This document shows positions 11,105 to 20,825 of a stretch of 64,000 nt of DNA, piece by piece. The stretch's first letter is position 1. Every line of letters begins with the position of its first letter. The notes beneath the pieces are model-generated. The model was not told the origin of the DNA. It made no database searches and worked only from the letters and a program-made list of their open reading frames with translations. The position numbers and the translations under genes were made by a program. Origin of the DNA: an uncultured archaeon (GTDB lineage Archaea; Asgardarchaeota; Lokiarchaeia; Sigyniarchaeales; SOKP01); assembly GCA_964493385.1 (NCBI GenBank), contig CAZBNW010000001.1, positions 22,267 through 86,266 on the forward strand. The letters are read 5' to 3'.

Positions 11105-11680
11105 TTAAAGTTTAGACCCACAATTAGGACAGAAACTTCCTGTTGCTTCTAATTTATGGCCGCAATAGACACAGAAATTTTTTCCTTCTGTTGGTAAGGG
11201 AGCATCTAACTTTTTAGTTGGTGGAACATATTCAGTTGCTGGTTTGTAGGTTATGGGAGAACCTAATATAATTTCTCCCGTTTCAACATTAAAACTATAT
11301 TTAACAAGACCTTTATTTCTCAAATCTAATAGCACACGGAGTAAATCTCTTGACCTCATACCAATTTCCAAGGCAATATGTTCAAGTTTGTAAGTGCCTT
11401 GAAAGTTTCTCTGTGCCAACGCATTCTTAACTACTTGCTTATATTTATAATTTCTATAAAGTTGTTGAAAACCCCCTATAAAAATAAAAAATGCAGGAAT
11501 AAAGAGCCAATAGCCCCAAGTATCCAATGATATGAAATCAATGTTATACGCTCTTAAAAATAATGATAAAATTGCCACAAAAAGAAAAACCATAGCACAA
11601 GCGAAAGTTCCGATGGCAGCTTCGTATTTTTCTTTATAATAATATCTATGTCTATATTTATCTTCACTCATTTTTATCAA
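11105..11680 (-). CDS. membrane-anchored protein with wHTH-like domain and C-terminal zinc ribbon
   Basis: Two TM helices, then LEHIALEIGMRSRDLLRVLLDLRNKGLVKY (wHTH-like), and a C-terminal CVYCGHKL..CPNCGSKL. Confidence 0.45.
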   Translation of the reverse strand: MIKMSEDKYRHRYYYKEKYEAAIGTFACAMVFLFVAILSLFLRAYNIDFISLDTWGYWLFIPAFFIFIGGFQQLYRNYKYKQVVKNALAQRNFQGTYKLEHIALEIGMRSRDLLRVLLDLRNKGLVKYSFNVETGEIILGSPITYKPATEYVPPTKKLDAPLPTEGKNFCVYCGHKLEATGSFCPNCGSKL

Positions 11681-11983
11681 TTAAAATTTTGATATTACAT
11701 TTTATCATGTTTAAAATAAAAATATATTGTTAATATTTCTTAAATAGTCCAATTTTTATAGAGTTGGATAATAACATTATTTAGCATTTTATAGTGGTAT
11801 TATAACCTTAAAATTAAAATTAAAGAGAGAAATTGTGAGAAGAGTTTTTTTCGAAGGGAAACGAGATTAGCGAATGATTTAATTAGAAATTCTTCTCAAC
11901 ATCCTCTCAAAAAGGAGAATATTAACCAAAAAAACAATAATTAGTCTTAATTTTTATATTTAAACTCATAACTTTTTAGTTTA

Positions 11984-12499
11984 TTAATATCTAATTTCAT
12001 CTAATATATTATCAATATAATGAACATTATCATATCCTGCTTCATCTATTAGAGCTCGTGATATTGATTTTTTAAAACTCCAAATTTCAATTTCTTTTTT
12101 CAATTCTTTCAATTTAATTACAATTTCTACGAAATCGGCATCTCCACTCACAAGAATACATTTATCATACGTATCTTCTTCAGCTAATTCTACTATGTCT
12201 TTATATATAAAAATGTCTACACCCTTCTGTTTTTTTTTGCCAGTTGGAGAAATAATAACGGGTTTTGGTTGAATTACAAATCCTTGAGCTTTTAAATATT
12301 TTATAAAATTGAGTTTTTTTGGTAGAATCTTATCAGGGATTCCCATATACATAAAAATTCCTACTAAGTGTTGATTCTTAGTGAAGATTTCTTTCATTTT
12401 TTGATAATTAATCCGAATGTTTATTTTTTCGATATTGTGGAAAATATTGGCATGATCTATAAAAATAATAATTCTTTTTTTCTCGAGAATTTGTCGCAC
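11984..12499 (-). CDS. NYN domain (LabA/DUF88-like) protein
   Basis: IIFIDHANIFH, GVDIFIYKDIVELA and ILVSGDADF match the NYN/LabA acidic motifs. Confidence 0.65.
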   Translation of the reverse strand: MRQILEKKRIIIFIDHANIFHNIEKINIRINYQKMKEIFTKNQHLVGIFMYMGIPDKILPKKLNFIKYLKAQGFVIQPKPVIISPTGKKKQKGVDIFIYKDIVELAEEDTYDKCILVSGDADFVEIVIKLKELKKEIEIWSFKKSISRALIDEAGYDNVHYIDNILDEIRY

Positions 12500-12662
12500 T
12501 CTTGAAATCCCTTTGCTATTTCTTTTATTTAATTTGTATGGAATTCTTAGTACAATAATAATTCTAATATCTAATATAAAAAGACGTATTTTTTTCCAAA
12601 ATTTAATAATAAAAAAGTAAAAACAGATTCTATAAATGAGTGATTCAAATTATGTATTAGTT

Positions 12663-13412
12663 TTAAATAGTATTGACTAATTCTCTCAACCAACTTGAAT
12701 TTACACTCAATCTCTCATAAACATTTTTATCTCCGAAATCTCCTCTAAATTGATTCTTTTCCATTTTAATAATTCGAATCCTCCATTTTCTTTTATTGAT
12801 ACCAATCCTTAACGCTTCTGTCAACTCAATTTCACCTCTTTTAGAAGGTTTAAGGATATTTAAAATCTCAAAAATTTCTTTTGAAAAAATAAAAATTCCA
12901 CAATTATTAAGGTTAGATTTAGATTTACCTATTGGTGGTTTTTCAATAATATCAACACAATAATTATCCTTACTATAAATAACTGCTCCTTTATAAGGAT
13001 CATCGGTATAATTAGCTACTAAAATAAAGTCATTCTGTTCTTTTTTAAAAGTAGTAAAAACTTTTTTATATACATTATAGGGTACTAATATATCACCCCA
13101 AGTTAAATAAAAATGCTCTTCTTCTATTAATTTCTCACATTTTAATAAAGCACTACCTGTACCATTTATATTTTTTTGTACTACATATTCTAACCTGATA
13201 TTCCATTTTTCTCCATTTTTAAAGTAGTGCATAATTTGTTCTCTCTTATATCCTACAACTAAAATAAAATCCTTAAAGCCAGCATATATTAAACCGTTTA
13301 AAATGTATTCTAAAAGAGGTTTTCCATGAATAGGTAACATTGATTTTTGATAAGTTTTAGTATAAGGGTGTAGTCTTTTTCCTAATCCTGCACATAACAC
13401 TATTGCTTTCAA
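12663..13412 (-). CDS. sugar-phosphate nucleotidyltransferase
   Basis: MKAIVLCAGLGKRLHPYTKTYQKSMLPIHGKP carries the NTP-transferase signature. Confidence 0.75.
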   Translation of the reverse strand: MKAIVLCAGLGKRLHPYTKTYQKSMLPIHGKPLLEYILNGLIYAGFKDFILVVGYKREQIMHYFKNGEKWNIRLEYVVQKNINGTGSALLKCEKLIEEEHFYLTWGDILVPYNVYKKVFTTFKKEQNDFILVANYTDDPYKGAVIYSKDNYCVDIIEKPPIGKSKSNLNNCGIFIFSKEIFEILNILKPSKRGEIELTEALRIGINKRKWRIRIIKMEKNQFRGDFGDKNVYERLSVNSSWLRELVNTI

Positions 13413-13611
13413 TAAATCTCAACACCATTACTTGATTTGATTAAGAGTGTTTCATTTCCAGCTACTTCGATTTATTTATAATGAATACTTATATTACTCT
13501 GATATCACAGATGTATTATAATTCTTTTTTTTTTTCAATAACATAGATCCTTTTAAATTAACAATAGATCTTCATTTTTTTAAAAATACATGATATAAAT
13601 TCCTGAGATTA

Positions 13612-14361
13612 ATGATTTGCGACGTTGTCATTATTAAAGACGGATTACCTCTATTTTCAAAGAACTTTTCTAATTCTTCAAATATTAAGAATCTTATTTC
13701 TCAAGAAGACAATCTCATTATGATATCTGGGTTTTTTTCAGCATTGAATTCTTTTTCGGATTCATTTGATGATTTAGGAACCATTAGTGAATTAAAATTA
13801 TCAAATAATAATCTAAAACTATCTTTTTTAAAAGATTCAAACATCCCAGATTTAATATATCTCGCTACCTTTGACGAAAATTCGGAACTATTAAACGTAC
13901 AAAGATTTTTAAAAAAAATGTCTTACATTTTTTTGAAAGAATTCAATATTGATCAAATTTCAAACTGGAATGGGAAGTTAGATTATTTCAAGTCATTTGA
14001 TGGTATAATTAAACCATATCTTGAAGAAGAAAAAAGAAAAAAGGAGGCTCAAGATAATAATAAAGCTTTTGAATTTCTCAATAGTTTTGTGGAAGAAGAT
14101 ATAAAATCAGTTGAGCCAAGAAACGATACGGAAAATATTGAAGAGGCTCCAGAATACTATCTTTATATTCCCATTTTCACGAGCTCTAAAAAAATTAATC
14201 CAAAGTACTATTTAACAGGAGATAATTCATGTAAAGTTTATGAACAAATAAATGGAAAAAAATCAATAAACCAAATTGCTAATTATTTAAATTTGAATCA
14301 AAATCAAGTATATAATGTATGCAAAAACCTTATTAAAATGGGATTTATCTCTTTTAGTTAA
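13612..14361 (+). CDS. hypothetical protein: longin/roadblock-like N-domain (speculative) plus C-terminal wHTH
   Basis: The N-terminus (VIIKDGLPLFSKNF...ISGFFSALNSFSDSF) resembles the N-terminus of ORF 45242-46153. The C-terminus KSINQIANYLNLNQNQVYNVCKNLIKMGFISF is HTH-like. Confidence 0.4.
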   Translation: MICDVVIIKDGLPLFSKNFSNSSNIKNLISQEDNLIMISGFFSALNSFSDSFDDLGTISELKLSNNNLKLSFLKDSNIPDLIYLATFDENSELLNVQRFLKKMSYIFLKEFNIDQISNWNGKLDYFKSFDGIIKPYLEEEKRKKEAQDNNKAFEFLNSFVEEDIKSVEPRNDTENIEEAPEYYLYIPIFTSSKKINPKYYLTGDNSCKVYEQINGKKSINQIANYLNLNQNQVYNVCKNLIKMGFISFS

Positions 14362-14365
14362 TGCG

Positions 14366-14722
14366 ATGTCGCATATCTCTTTACCCTCATCATCAGCTTC
14401 AAAACAGGGTTACCATTTACTCTTCCCTTATACATTTGTAGATACCTCAGTTAAAGATTTATATAATAATTTAATATATAATGGAGCTAAAAGCGCAAAT
14501 ATTACTGCTCTGGTAGTTGGAGGAGCTAAATTATTTTTAGATTATGATATGACATATCAAGAAAATATAGATGCTGTAAAAAAAGAATTAAAAGCAAATA
14601 AAATAGAAATTGAAGCTGAAGACACAGGAGGATTGAGTGAAAGAGCTGTGATTTATGATACGATAAATGATACGCTTTATGTTAAGAAGACTTGGGAGTT
14701 TGAATATAGAAAGATTACCTAG
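14366..14722 (+). CDS. CheD-like domain protein, N-terminally short
   Basis: HISLP and VVGGAKLF...IEIEAEDTGGLSERAVIYDTINDTLYVKK parallel CheD (HxMLP, FGGAxMF, AEDxGGxxxRxxxF). The N-terminal catalytic-Cys segment is not seen. Start assumed at the internal Met of track ORF 14315. Confidence 0.4.
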   Translation: MSHISLPSSSASKQGYHLLFPYTFVDTSVKDLYNNLIYNGAKSANITALVVGGAKLFLDYDMTYQENIDAVKKELKANKIEIEAEDTGGLSERAVIYDTINDTLYVKKTWEFEYRKIT

Positions 14723-15665
14723 GATATCGAAAAATTTCAAAAATCCAAGCTTTCCCTCCAGCATTATTAATTGCTTGAGCAACTTTTTTTTGGTTTCCAG
14801 GTGCAATTGACACCATACTACCTCCTCCTCCTGCCCCCATTTGTTTAGCACCTAAAGCACCAGCATCTTTAGCTGCTCTACATAATTTTAAAATTTTTGG
14901 TGTATCTGCTTTTAAAATAGCTTCTTGTTCTTGTTGTTTATCCATTAATTTTCCTAATTTTTTAAAATCTTTTTGTAATATCGAATCCTTTGCTTGATAT
15001 ACGCACGTTTCAATTACTTTAAATGCTTTTAATGTAGCAGGATCTTTTTCTTGGATATTTTTTTTTACTCTATTTAATATAATAGATGATTTTCTTTCTT
15101 CCATGGAGTCTCCAACTACTACAGGTAATTCTTCAACATCTAAGTGCTCTACTCTAGGATTCTCATCAGTATGAATGAATACAACACCACCAAATGCCTC
15201 TGTATATTGATCTAGCCTTCCACATTGAATACCAAGGTCATGATTCTCCCCTAAATAAGCAAGTTCCGCAATATCTGCGTTAGACATATTTAGATTTAGG
15301 GCTTGATTTAGTGTTTTAATAAAACCAATTGATAAGGCCGCAGATGTAGACAAACCAGCCCCGATAGGAATATCGGATTTAACATCCAAATAAAATCCAG
15401 TTCTAATATGATTTTTTAGTCTTTCATATAATACACTCCAATAAGCTAAATCTATATTAAGAGGAGCAAGTTCGCCTAACTTGAATTTTACCCTTTCTTT
15501 TGTATTATTGCTGAAGAATTCGATCATTCCATCTGTTCTTTCTTCATAATTTATTGTCATCATTAAATTTATAGCCATTCCTATGACAGGTTTACCTAAT
15601 AGGTCTATTTTATCCCCCATAAGACAAATTCGACCAGGAACCTTTACAGTAACTTTTGTTTTCAT
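14715..15665 (-). CDS. GHMP family kinase (sugar or small-molecule kinase)
   Basis: PGRICLMGDKIDLLG (motif I) and PIGAGLSTSAALSIG (GHMP motif II), with C-terminal GAGGGGS. Confidence 0.7.
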   Translation of the reverse strand: MKTKVTVKVPGRICLMGDKIDLLGKPVIGMAINLMMTINYEERTDGMIEFFSNNTKERVKFKLGELAPLNIDLAYWSVLYERLKNHIRTGFYLDVKSDIPIGAGLSTSAALSIGFIKTLNQALNLNMSNADIAELAYLGENHDLGIQCGRLDQYTEAFGGVVFIHTDENPRVEHLDVEELPVVVGDSMEERKSSIILNRVKKNIQEKDPATLKAFKVIETCVYQAKDSILQKDFKKLGKLMDKQQEQEAILKADTPKILKLCRAAKDAGALGAKQMGAGGGGSMVSIAPGNQKKVAQAINNAGGKAWIFEIFRYPR

Positions 15666-15737
15666 AACATTTGAACTTTTATAATAATATTAGGTACTAA
15701 ACTTATCGTTCAAAATAGAATTATGGAAAAGAAAATG

Positions 15738-16043
15738 TTAATGTTGCTTTCTTTTTTGCTGGAGTTTTTTTCTTTTACGCTCTGCGTCGTGAATTTCCTC
15801 TTCTAACTCATACATTCGTGAATCAGCTTTCCCTTGCAGTTTAAATTGTCCAAAAATTTTGCTTTCTTCTCGTTCGCCTGTTTTTGATACCTTTTCAAAA
15901 GATAAATCAATGGGCAAATCTTGATTTAAGGTTAAATTTATAAAATTAATAAATCCAATATGTTTACTCGGTGCAATATTCATTTTAAGGCTTATTTCTT
16001 TTTTTTTCTTTGTAGTTGTTTTTAAAATAAGGCGTAGTTTCAA
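15738..16043 (-). CDS. hypothetical basic protein
   Basis: 101-aa ORF with a K/R-rich C-terminus and no motif. Confidence 0.3.
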   Translation of the reverse strand: MKLRLILKTTTKKKKEISLKMNIAPSKHIGFINFINLTLNQDLPIDLSFEKVSKTGEREESKIFGQFKLQGKADSRMYELEEEIHDAERKRKKLQQKRKQH

Positions 16044-16136
16044 TGGTTATCAATCTCCTTATTATGTAAATCATTAATTTATATATTTAAAATAAGTGAA
16101 AGATATTTTAATTTAACCCATAAAACAGTAAAAAAT

Positions 16137-16766
16137 ATGGCTTCTAAATTTAGAGTAAGATATATTTTTAGACCTTTGGTAAATCTAATAGCAAAAGGCT
16201 TAATTAGAATTAGGGTCACACCAGATTTAGCAACTATTATTACGCTTTGTTTTTCTGTCTTAAGTTTTATCTCTTTAGCGTTTTTTCAAAATTTATTATG
16301 CTTCTCTATTTTTGTATTTATGACGGGAATTATGGACGGATGTGATGGAGCAATTGCTCGATTAACTAGTAAATCTACAAAATTTGGAGGCTTTTTTGAT
16401 TCTTTCATGGATAGAATTTCGGAATTTTTCATTTTCTTAGGATTATATATTTATGTCCAAGATCAATTACTATGGAATTGTATTGATATGAAGATGATTA
16501 TATTCATATCTTTCTTAGTTTCCATTATGATTAGTTATAGTAGGGCAAGAGCAGAAGTATTTTTTAAGGGTAATTTCGACGTTGGACTCATGGCAAGATC
16601 TGAAAGATTGTTTTATATCGTTATAACTTCTATTATCGGATTTTTTTACGATTTTGTTAATTTATTTTTATTTATCTATATGTGGCTTGTAATAGGAACA
16701 TTTCTTTTTAGAATGATACGTATCTATTTCCTAATAAAAGAGAAGACTAATAAGATAAATGAGTAA
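16137..16766 (+). CDS. CDP-alcohol phosphatidyltransferase (archaeal lipid head-group synthase family)
   Basis: DGCDGAIARLTSKSTKFGGFFDSFMDRISE matches D-x2-DG-x2-AR-x8-G-x3-D-x3-D. Multiple TM helices. Confidence 0.8.
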   Translation: MASKFRVRYIFRPLVNLIAKGLIRIRVTPDLATIITLCFSVLSFISLAFFQNLLCFSIFVFMTGIMDGCDGAIARLTSKSTKFGGFFDSFMDRISEFFIFLGLYIYVQDQLLWNCIDMKMIIFISFLVSIMISYSRARAEVFFKGNFDVGLMARSERLFYIVITSIIGFFYDFVNLFLFIYMWLVIGTFLFRMIRIYFLIKEKTNKINE

Positions 16767-16780
16767 AAATTTTCTCCCGT

Positions 16781-17539
16781 TTACTTTTTAGTTAATTCTA
16801 TTCTAATTCTATCTCCATCCTTTAAATTTAACTTATCTCTTAAATAAGGTGCTGCAATTATTTCAACTATATTTTTCTTATGGTGTGTTCTTTTAATCTT
16901 TAATATAGCCGCGCTTATTTTATTAACTTGATCATCCAAACGAGAAACTATGCAATCATAACAATCTACTGACCCATAAGTCCGTTTTACGCGTCCTTCT
17001 TCTTCCTTTTCAAATCCAGCGATTCTAACAAGTATTCGGGTTTTTAAATTTTCTTCTAATAATTCTTTATTAAGATCACTTAATTGTAGATTTAATGTTC
17101 CATAATAAGGTTTAAATCCTAATTTGTCTCTAAATTGTTCATAATATTCCTTAATTCTAATATAATACCCTCCTTCTCCCATTCCTTCAGTAACTTCACC
17201 AACTATTAAGATTTCTTCAAGAATTTGTTTTAAATCTTTATACATTGAGAGCATTATATCAGCTCCTTTTTTGGTAATCCTTATTATCTGCTCTTTTCCG
17301 ACAATTTTTCTTTGAATCCACCCTATTTCTTCTAATTGATTTATCCTTCTGGAGGCTGTTTGTTGCGATAAATTGAGTATCTTGCCAAATTCAACACTAC
17401 TTATATGAATAGCTTTACGACTTCCAATATTTTGACAAAGATGAAAAAGTGCAAACCAATTCGCATAATTATCCGAAGAAATGTCTTCTTTATCTTCCAT
17501 TATCACAATTTTTTGATTTATTCTTCCTATATTTTTCAA
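16781..17539 (-). CDS. ribK: RbkR-type bifunctional wHTH regulator / CTP-dependent archaeal riboflavin kinase
   Basis: N-terminal wHTH (ISSVEFGKILNLSQQTASRRINQLEEIGWI). The C-terminus GEVTEGMGEGGYY...LGFKPYYGTLNL...IVEIIAAPYLRDKLNLKDGD parallels MJ0056-type kinase. The real start may be Met14 (17500). Confidence 0.75.
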   Translation of the reverse strand: MKNIGRINQKIVIMEDKEDISSDNYANWFALFHLCQNIGSRKAIHISSVEFGKILNLSQQTASRRINQLEEIGWIQRKIVGKEQIIRITKKGADIMLSMYKDLKQILEEILIVGEVTEGMGEGGYYIRIKEYYEQFRDKLGFKPYYGTLNLQLSDLNKELLEENLKTRILVRIAGFEKEEEGRVKRTYGSVDCYDCIVSRLDDQVNKISAAILKIKRTHHKKNIVEIIAAPYLRDKLNLKDGDRIRIELTKK

Positions 17540-17963
17540 TTATTTTTTGTTTTATTAAACTTGAACTATGTAACTCATACTTATCATAGTAAGTTTCAAG
17601 TCTCCTAACTTCAATATGATTTAATCCTTTTGCTTTGAGTCCATTCTTCAATATATCTACCCCATATTTCTGATCTGGTCCTAGCAAAATAATATCTGGG
17701 TTGATTTCTTCTGCTGTTTTTAGAGTATCGTTGTCACTTCTTCCTAATCTCGCGTCCTTCACATTTTTTATGCTTTTTATGACTTCTAATCTCTGTTCCT
17801 GTGGTATTATTGGAGATCTACCTGAATATAATCTACGATTCTTATCAGTAGCTACGATTATATATACATCTCCTAATTTCGCAGCTTCATTGATAAGGAA
17901 TATATGCCCAGGATGTATCAAATCGAATGTCCCTGCAATAAGTACCTTTTTCCTTATATTAAC
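17490..17963 (-). CDS. ribL: FAD synthase RibL-like cytidylyltransferase-fold nucleotidyltransferase; start codon unresolved
   Basis: The open frame encodes ..RKKVLIAGTFDLIHPGHIFLINEAAKLGDVYIIVATD (GxFDxxHxGH). The first canonical start (TTG 17921) would delete GTFD. An ATG at 17967-17965 is 1 nt out of frame. Confidence 0.6.
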   Translation of the reverse strand, partial: VNIRKKVLIAGTFDLIHPGHIFLINEAAKLGDVYIIVATDKNRRLYSGRSPIIPQEQRLEVIKSIKNVKDARLGRSDNDTLKTAEEINPDIILLGPDQKYGVDILKNGLKAKGLNHIEVRRLETYYDKYELHSSSLIKQKIIEKYRKNKSKNCDNGR

Positions 17964-18014
17964 TCATCTCATATATAATTTTTTAAATTGATTTTTTCAC
18001 TCGAATGATTTGAT

Positions 18015-18626
18015 TTACATATTTTCCTCAAAACATTTTTTTAAATCATTCATTTGAATAGCAAGAGAGATATCTCCCCTAGTTTTTTCGATTATATTTC
18101 TCGCAACATCTACTTTATGTCTTAGATCTTGAGTTACTCCAACAGGGTAATCTAATGTAAATAGATATGTATATATCTCATCCATACTTTCCAAAATTTC
18201 ATTCAAATCGTCAACTTGTGAATTTCTAATGTTATCTAAAGCATATCTTCGCAATTCCCCAATTACATCTGCTAAACCTAAAATAAAATTTAAAGGATTA
18301 ATCTCTAATTCAAATGGTGTTGGTATTTCTTTTTTGTTAATTATTGAATAAAAAGTAATTGATTCTGCAAATTCTTGCTCAGGTGTTTTTAAAAATTTGA
18401 AAAAAATTCCAGGATTCTTATTAACTAATTTAATCAAATTCTGGTGGTTAATCTTAATCGTGTCTATTTTTTCTTGAAACTTGTCATATTCTCTTCTATG
18501 AATATTTTTTATTGCGATGCTACAATCCCTAATTATATTACGAGATAATCTCAAAATTTCTTCTCTATCTTGATATAATATCTCTAATAACTCAGTTATT
18601 TCTGAAAAAGCTTTTTTAAGATTCAT
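18015..18626 (-). CDS. translin/TRAX family-like protein
   Basis: 203-aa all-helical protein. ILGLADVIGELRRYALD resembles the translin-family GLxDxxGELxR motif. Confidence 0.5.
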   Translation of the reverse strand: MNLKKAFSEITELLEILYQDREEILRLSRNIIRDCSIAIKNIHRREYDKFQEKIDTIKINHQNLIKLVNKNPGIFFKFLKTPEQEFAESITFYSIINKKEIPTPFELEINPLNFILGLADVIGELRRYALDNIRNSQVDDLNEILESMDEIYTYLFTLDYPVGVTQDLRHKVDVARNIIEKTRGDISLAIQMNDLKKCFEENM

Positions 18627-18751
18627 TATAATAGAACTAAATTTTAGTAATAATTAATTTGAATTTTAAATATAATTATATATCAAAATTAAGTAAAATA
18701 TTTAGAACTTATTATAAGGTATTGGTTAACAGATTAAAAAAAGGATTTATC

Positions 18752-20809
18752 ATGAAAATTTTATTAATTCACTCTCAAAATGTAGAAGTTGTTAAGAATA
18801 AAGAAGCAACCAGCAACCCGCAGGAATTTGCAGATAATTTTATAAAAATGGAAGGTTTAATTCTTGTTTGTTTTGTCTCTGTTGAAGATCAAGATACTTA
18901 TGATACTGAATTAATTGCTAGACAAGGTGCTGAAGAAATAGAAGCAGCTATATTACAAATTATAGGGTTCCCAGAAAAATTAAGGCAAAAAAATGAAGAA
19001 ATAAGAGAATACAATAAAAAGATTGAGAAAGGTAAAATCAAAGGAAAACCGAGGAAAATAGTAGAACTCATTAAAGATCGGGATATGTACCATGTAGACA
19101 AAGTTTTAGTTTATCCATGGGCACATTTAAGCAAATTTCTCAGTAAGGAAGTAAGTGCTATGGAAGTATGTCCTAAAATCGCTAAATTTTTAGAAGAAAG
19201 AGGAATTGAAGCTAAATTCTCTCCATTTGGATGGTATAAGTCATTTAAAATTAATTGTTTAGGTCACGAAGTGGCTGAAATGTATAGAGATGTGAAACTA
19301 GCTATTAAACCTGAAGAACAGGTTAAAAATTCAGTATTTAAAGTAATCACACCATTAGGAAAGGAAATAGATATAAATTTTGATGAGGATGGGAATATTC
19401 TACCCCCTAAAGAGATTAAAGATGAGGATTTCAATTTATTTCTCAAATCTGAATTAGGGTCTAGAAGGATTGATAAAGCAATCGAACCAGCTCATATCAA
19501 AGTGATGAAAGAGTTTGAATTAGTGGATTTTGATCCCAATACTGATGCAGGAAATTTTAGATGGTATACAAAAGGAGTTATTATGAAAAATTTAATAAAA
19601 AATTTTGTAGAAGATAGATTAATAGATTATGGGGCAATTCTTATTGATACTCCTATTATGTATACAGTAAAAAATAAGAAATTAACAGCTCAAACCGCTC
19701 GGTTTCCTGCTAGGAGTTATTGGCTTGAATCCGGAAAAGATAGATATCTTTTGAGATATGCTAGTGATTTTCTTCTATTTGATTTATTCTCTCAAATGAA
19801 TTTAAAACCGGAATACTTTCCATTACGAGTATATGAATATGAACAGTACGATTTTCGAAGAGAACAAGAAGGTGAACTATCCGGATTGAGAAGGTTACGT
19901 GGTTTTATTATGCCTGACCTTCATACGCTTTGTAAAAATTTAGAATCGTCGATTGATGAGTTTATAAAGCAATATGAGTTAATTAATAATTTGGAAAAAG
20001 ATTTAGGGGTAAAAAGTTATGTTATTTTCAGAGTTACGCAAGAATATTATAAGGAAAATAAGGATTGGATTATAAATTTAATCAAAACAGAAAAATACCC
20101 TACAATATTAGAATTATGGGAAGATAGATATTACTATTATATTTTAAAATATGAAAGAAATGTGCTTTCTGCTCAAAACAGAAGTGCTACACTTGCAACT
20201 AATCAGATAGATGTAGAAAGCTCCTTAGATTATATGGTCGATACGGATGGGAAAAAAAGGGAAAAGTATAATATTTTCTTCACAGATACTGATGGTAAAG
20301 TAAAACATCCGATTATTCTTCATAATTCTCCAACGGGAGGATTAGAGAGAGTCTTATGGGGTTTGATTGAGTCATCAATCCGAAATAAAGATAAATTAGT
20401 TCCTGGATTTAAAACTTGGTTATCTCCAATACAAGTGCGAATTATAACCGTAAGTGATGATCAGAACGAATATGCTGAAAAAATACTCAATATCCTCAAT
20501 GGAGAAGAATTTAGAGCGGACTTCGATGATCGAGAAGAAACTGTAGGCAAGAAAATAAGACAATCTGAAATAGAGTGGATACCGTATACTATAATAATTG
20601 GAAAAAAAGAACAGCAGAATCAAACAATTTCAATTAGAAAAAGATTGATTGGTAAACCATTTGGTCCAAAAAAACAAACATCTGAACAATTAAATGATGT
20701 AAAGTTAGATATATTATTAGAAATGCTTGAAGATGATACAAGAAATTTTCCAAAATATAAATTGCCAATGCCATTTAGAAGGTTCTCAACTAAAATTTAT
20801 TTTAGATAA
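18752..20809 (+). CDS. thrS: threonyl-tRNA synthetase, archaeal type with N-terminal editing domain
   Basis: MKILLIHS... N-domain (archaeal ThrRS editing-domain-like). Class II core (FRREQEGELSGLRRLRGFIMPD, motif 2-like) and a C-terminal anticodon-binding domain. Start moved to the ATG at 18752. Confidence 0.85.
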   Translation: MKILLIHSQNVEVVKNKEATSNPQEFADNFIKMEGLILVCFVSVEDQDTYDTELIARQGAEEIEAAILQIIGFPEKLRQKNEEIREYNKKIEKGKIKGKPRKIVELIKDRDMYHVDKVLVYPWAHLSKFLSKEVSAMEVCPKIAKFLEERGIEAKFSPFGWYKSFKINCLGHEVAEMYRDVKLAIKPEEQVKNSVFKVITPLGKEIDINFDEDGNILPPKEIKDEDFNLFLKSELGSRRIDKAIEPAHIKVMKEFELVDFDPNTDAGNFRWYTKGVIMKNLIKNFVEDRLIDYGAILIDTPIMYTVKNKKLTAQTARFPARSYWLESGKDRYLLRYASDFLLFDLFSQMNLKPEYFPLRVYEYEQYDFRREQEGELSGLRRLRGFIMPDLHTLCKNLESSIDEFIKQYELINNLEKDLGVKSYVIFRVTQEYYKENKDWIINLIKTEKYPTILELWEDRYYYYILKYERNVLSAQNRSATLATNQIDVESSLDYMVDTDGKKREKYNIFFTDTDGKVKHPIILHNSPTGGLERVLWGLIESSIRNKDKLVPGFKTWLSPIQVRIITVSDDQNEYAEKILNILNGEEFRADFDDREETVGKKIRQSEIEWIPYTIIIGKKEQQNQTISIRKRLIGKPFGPKKQTSEQLNDVKLDILLEMLEDDTRNFPKYKLPMPFRRFSTKIYFR

Positions 20810-20825
20810 TTTTTTTTTAAATCCT

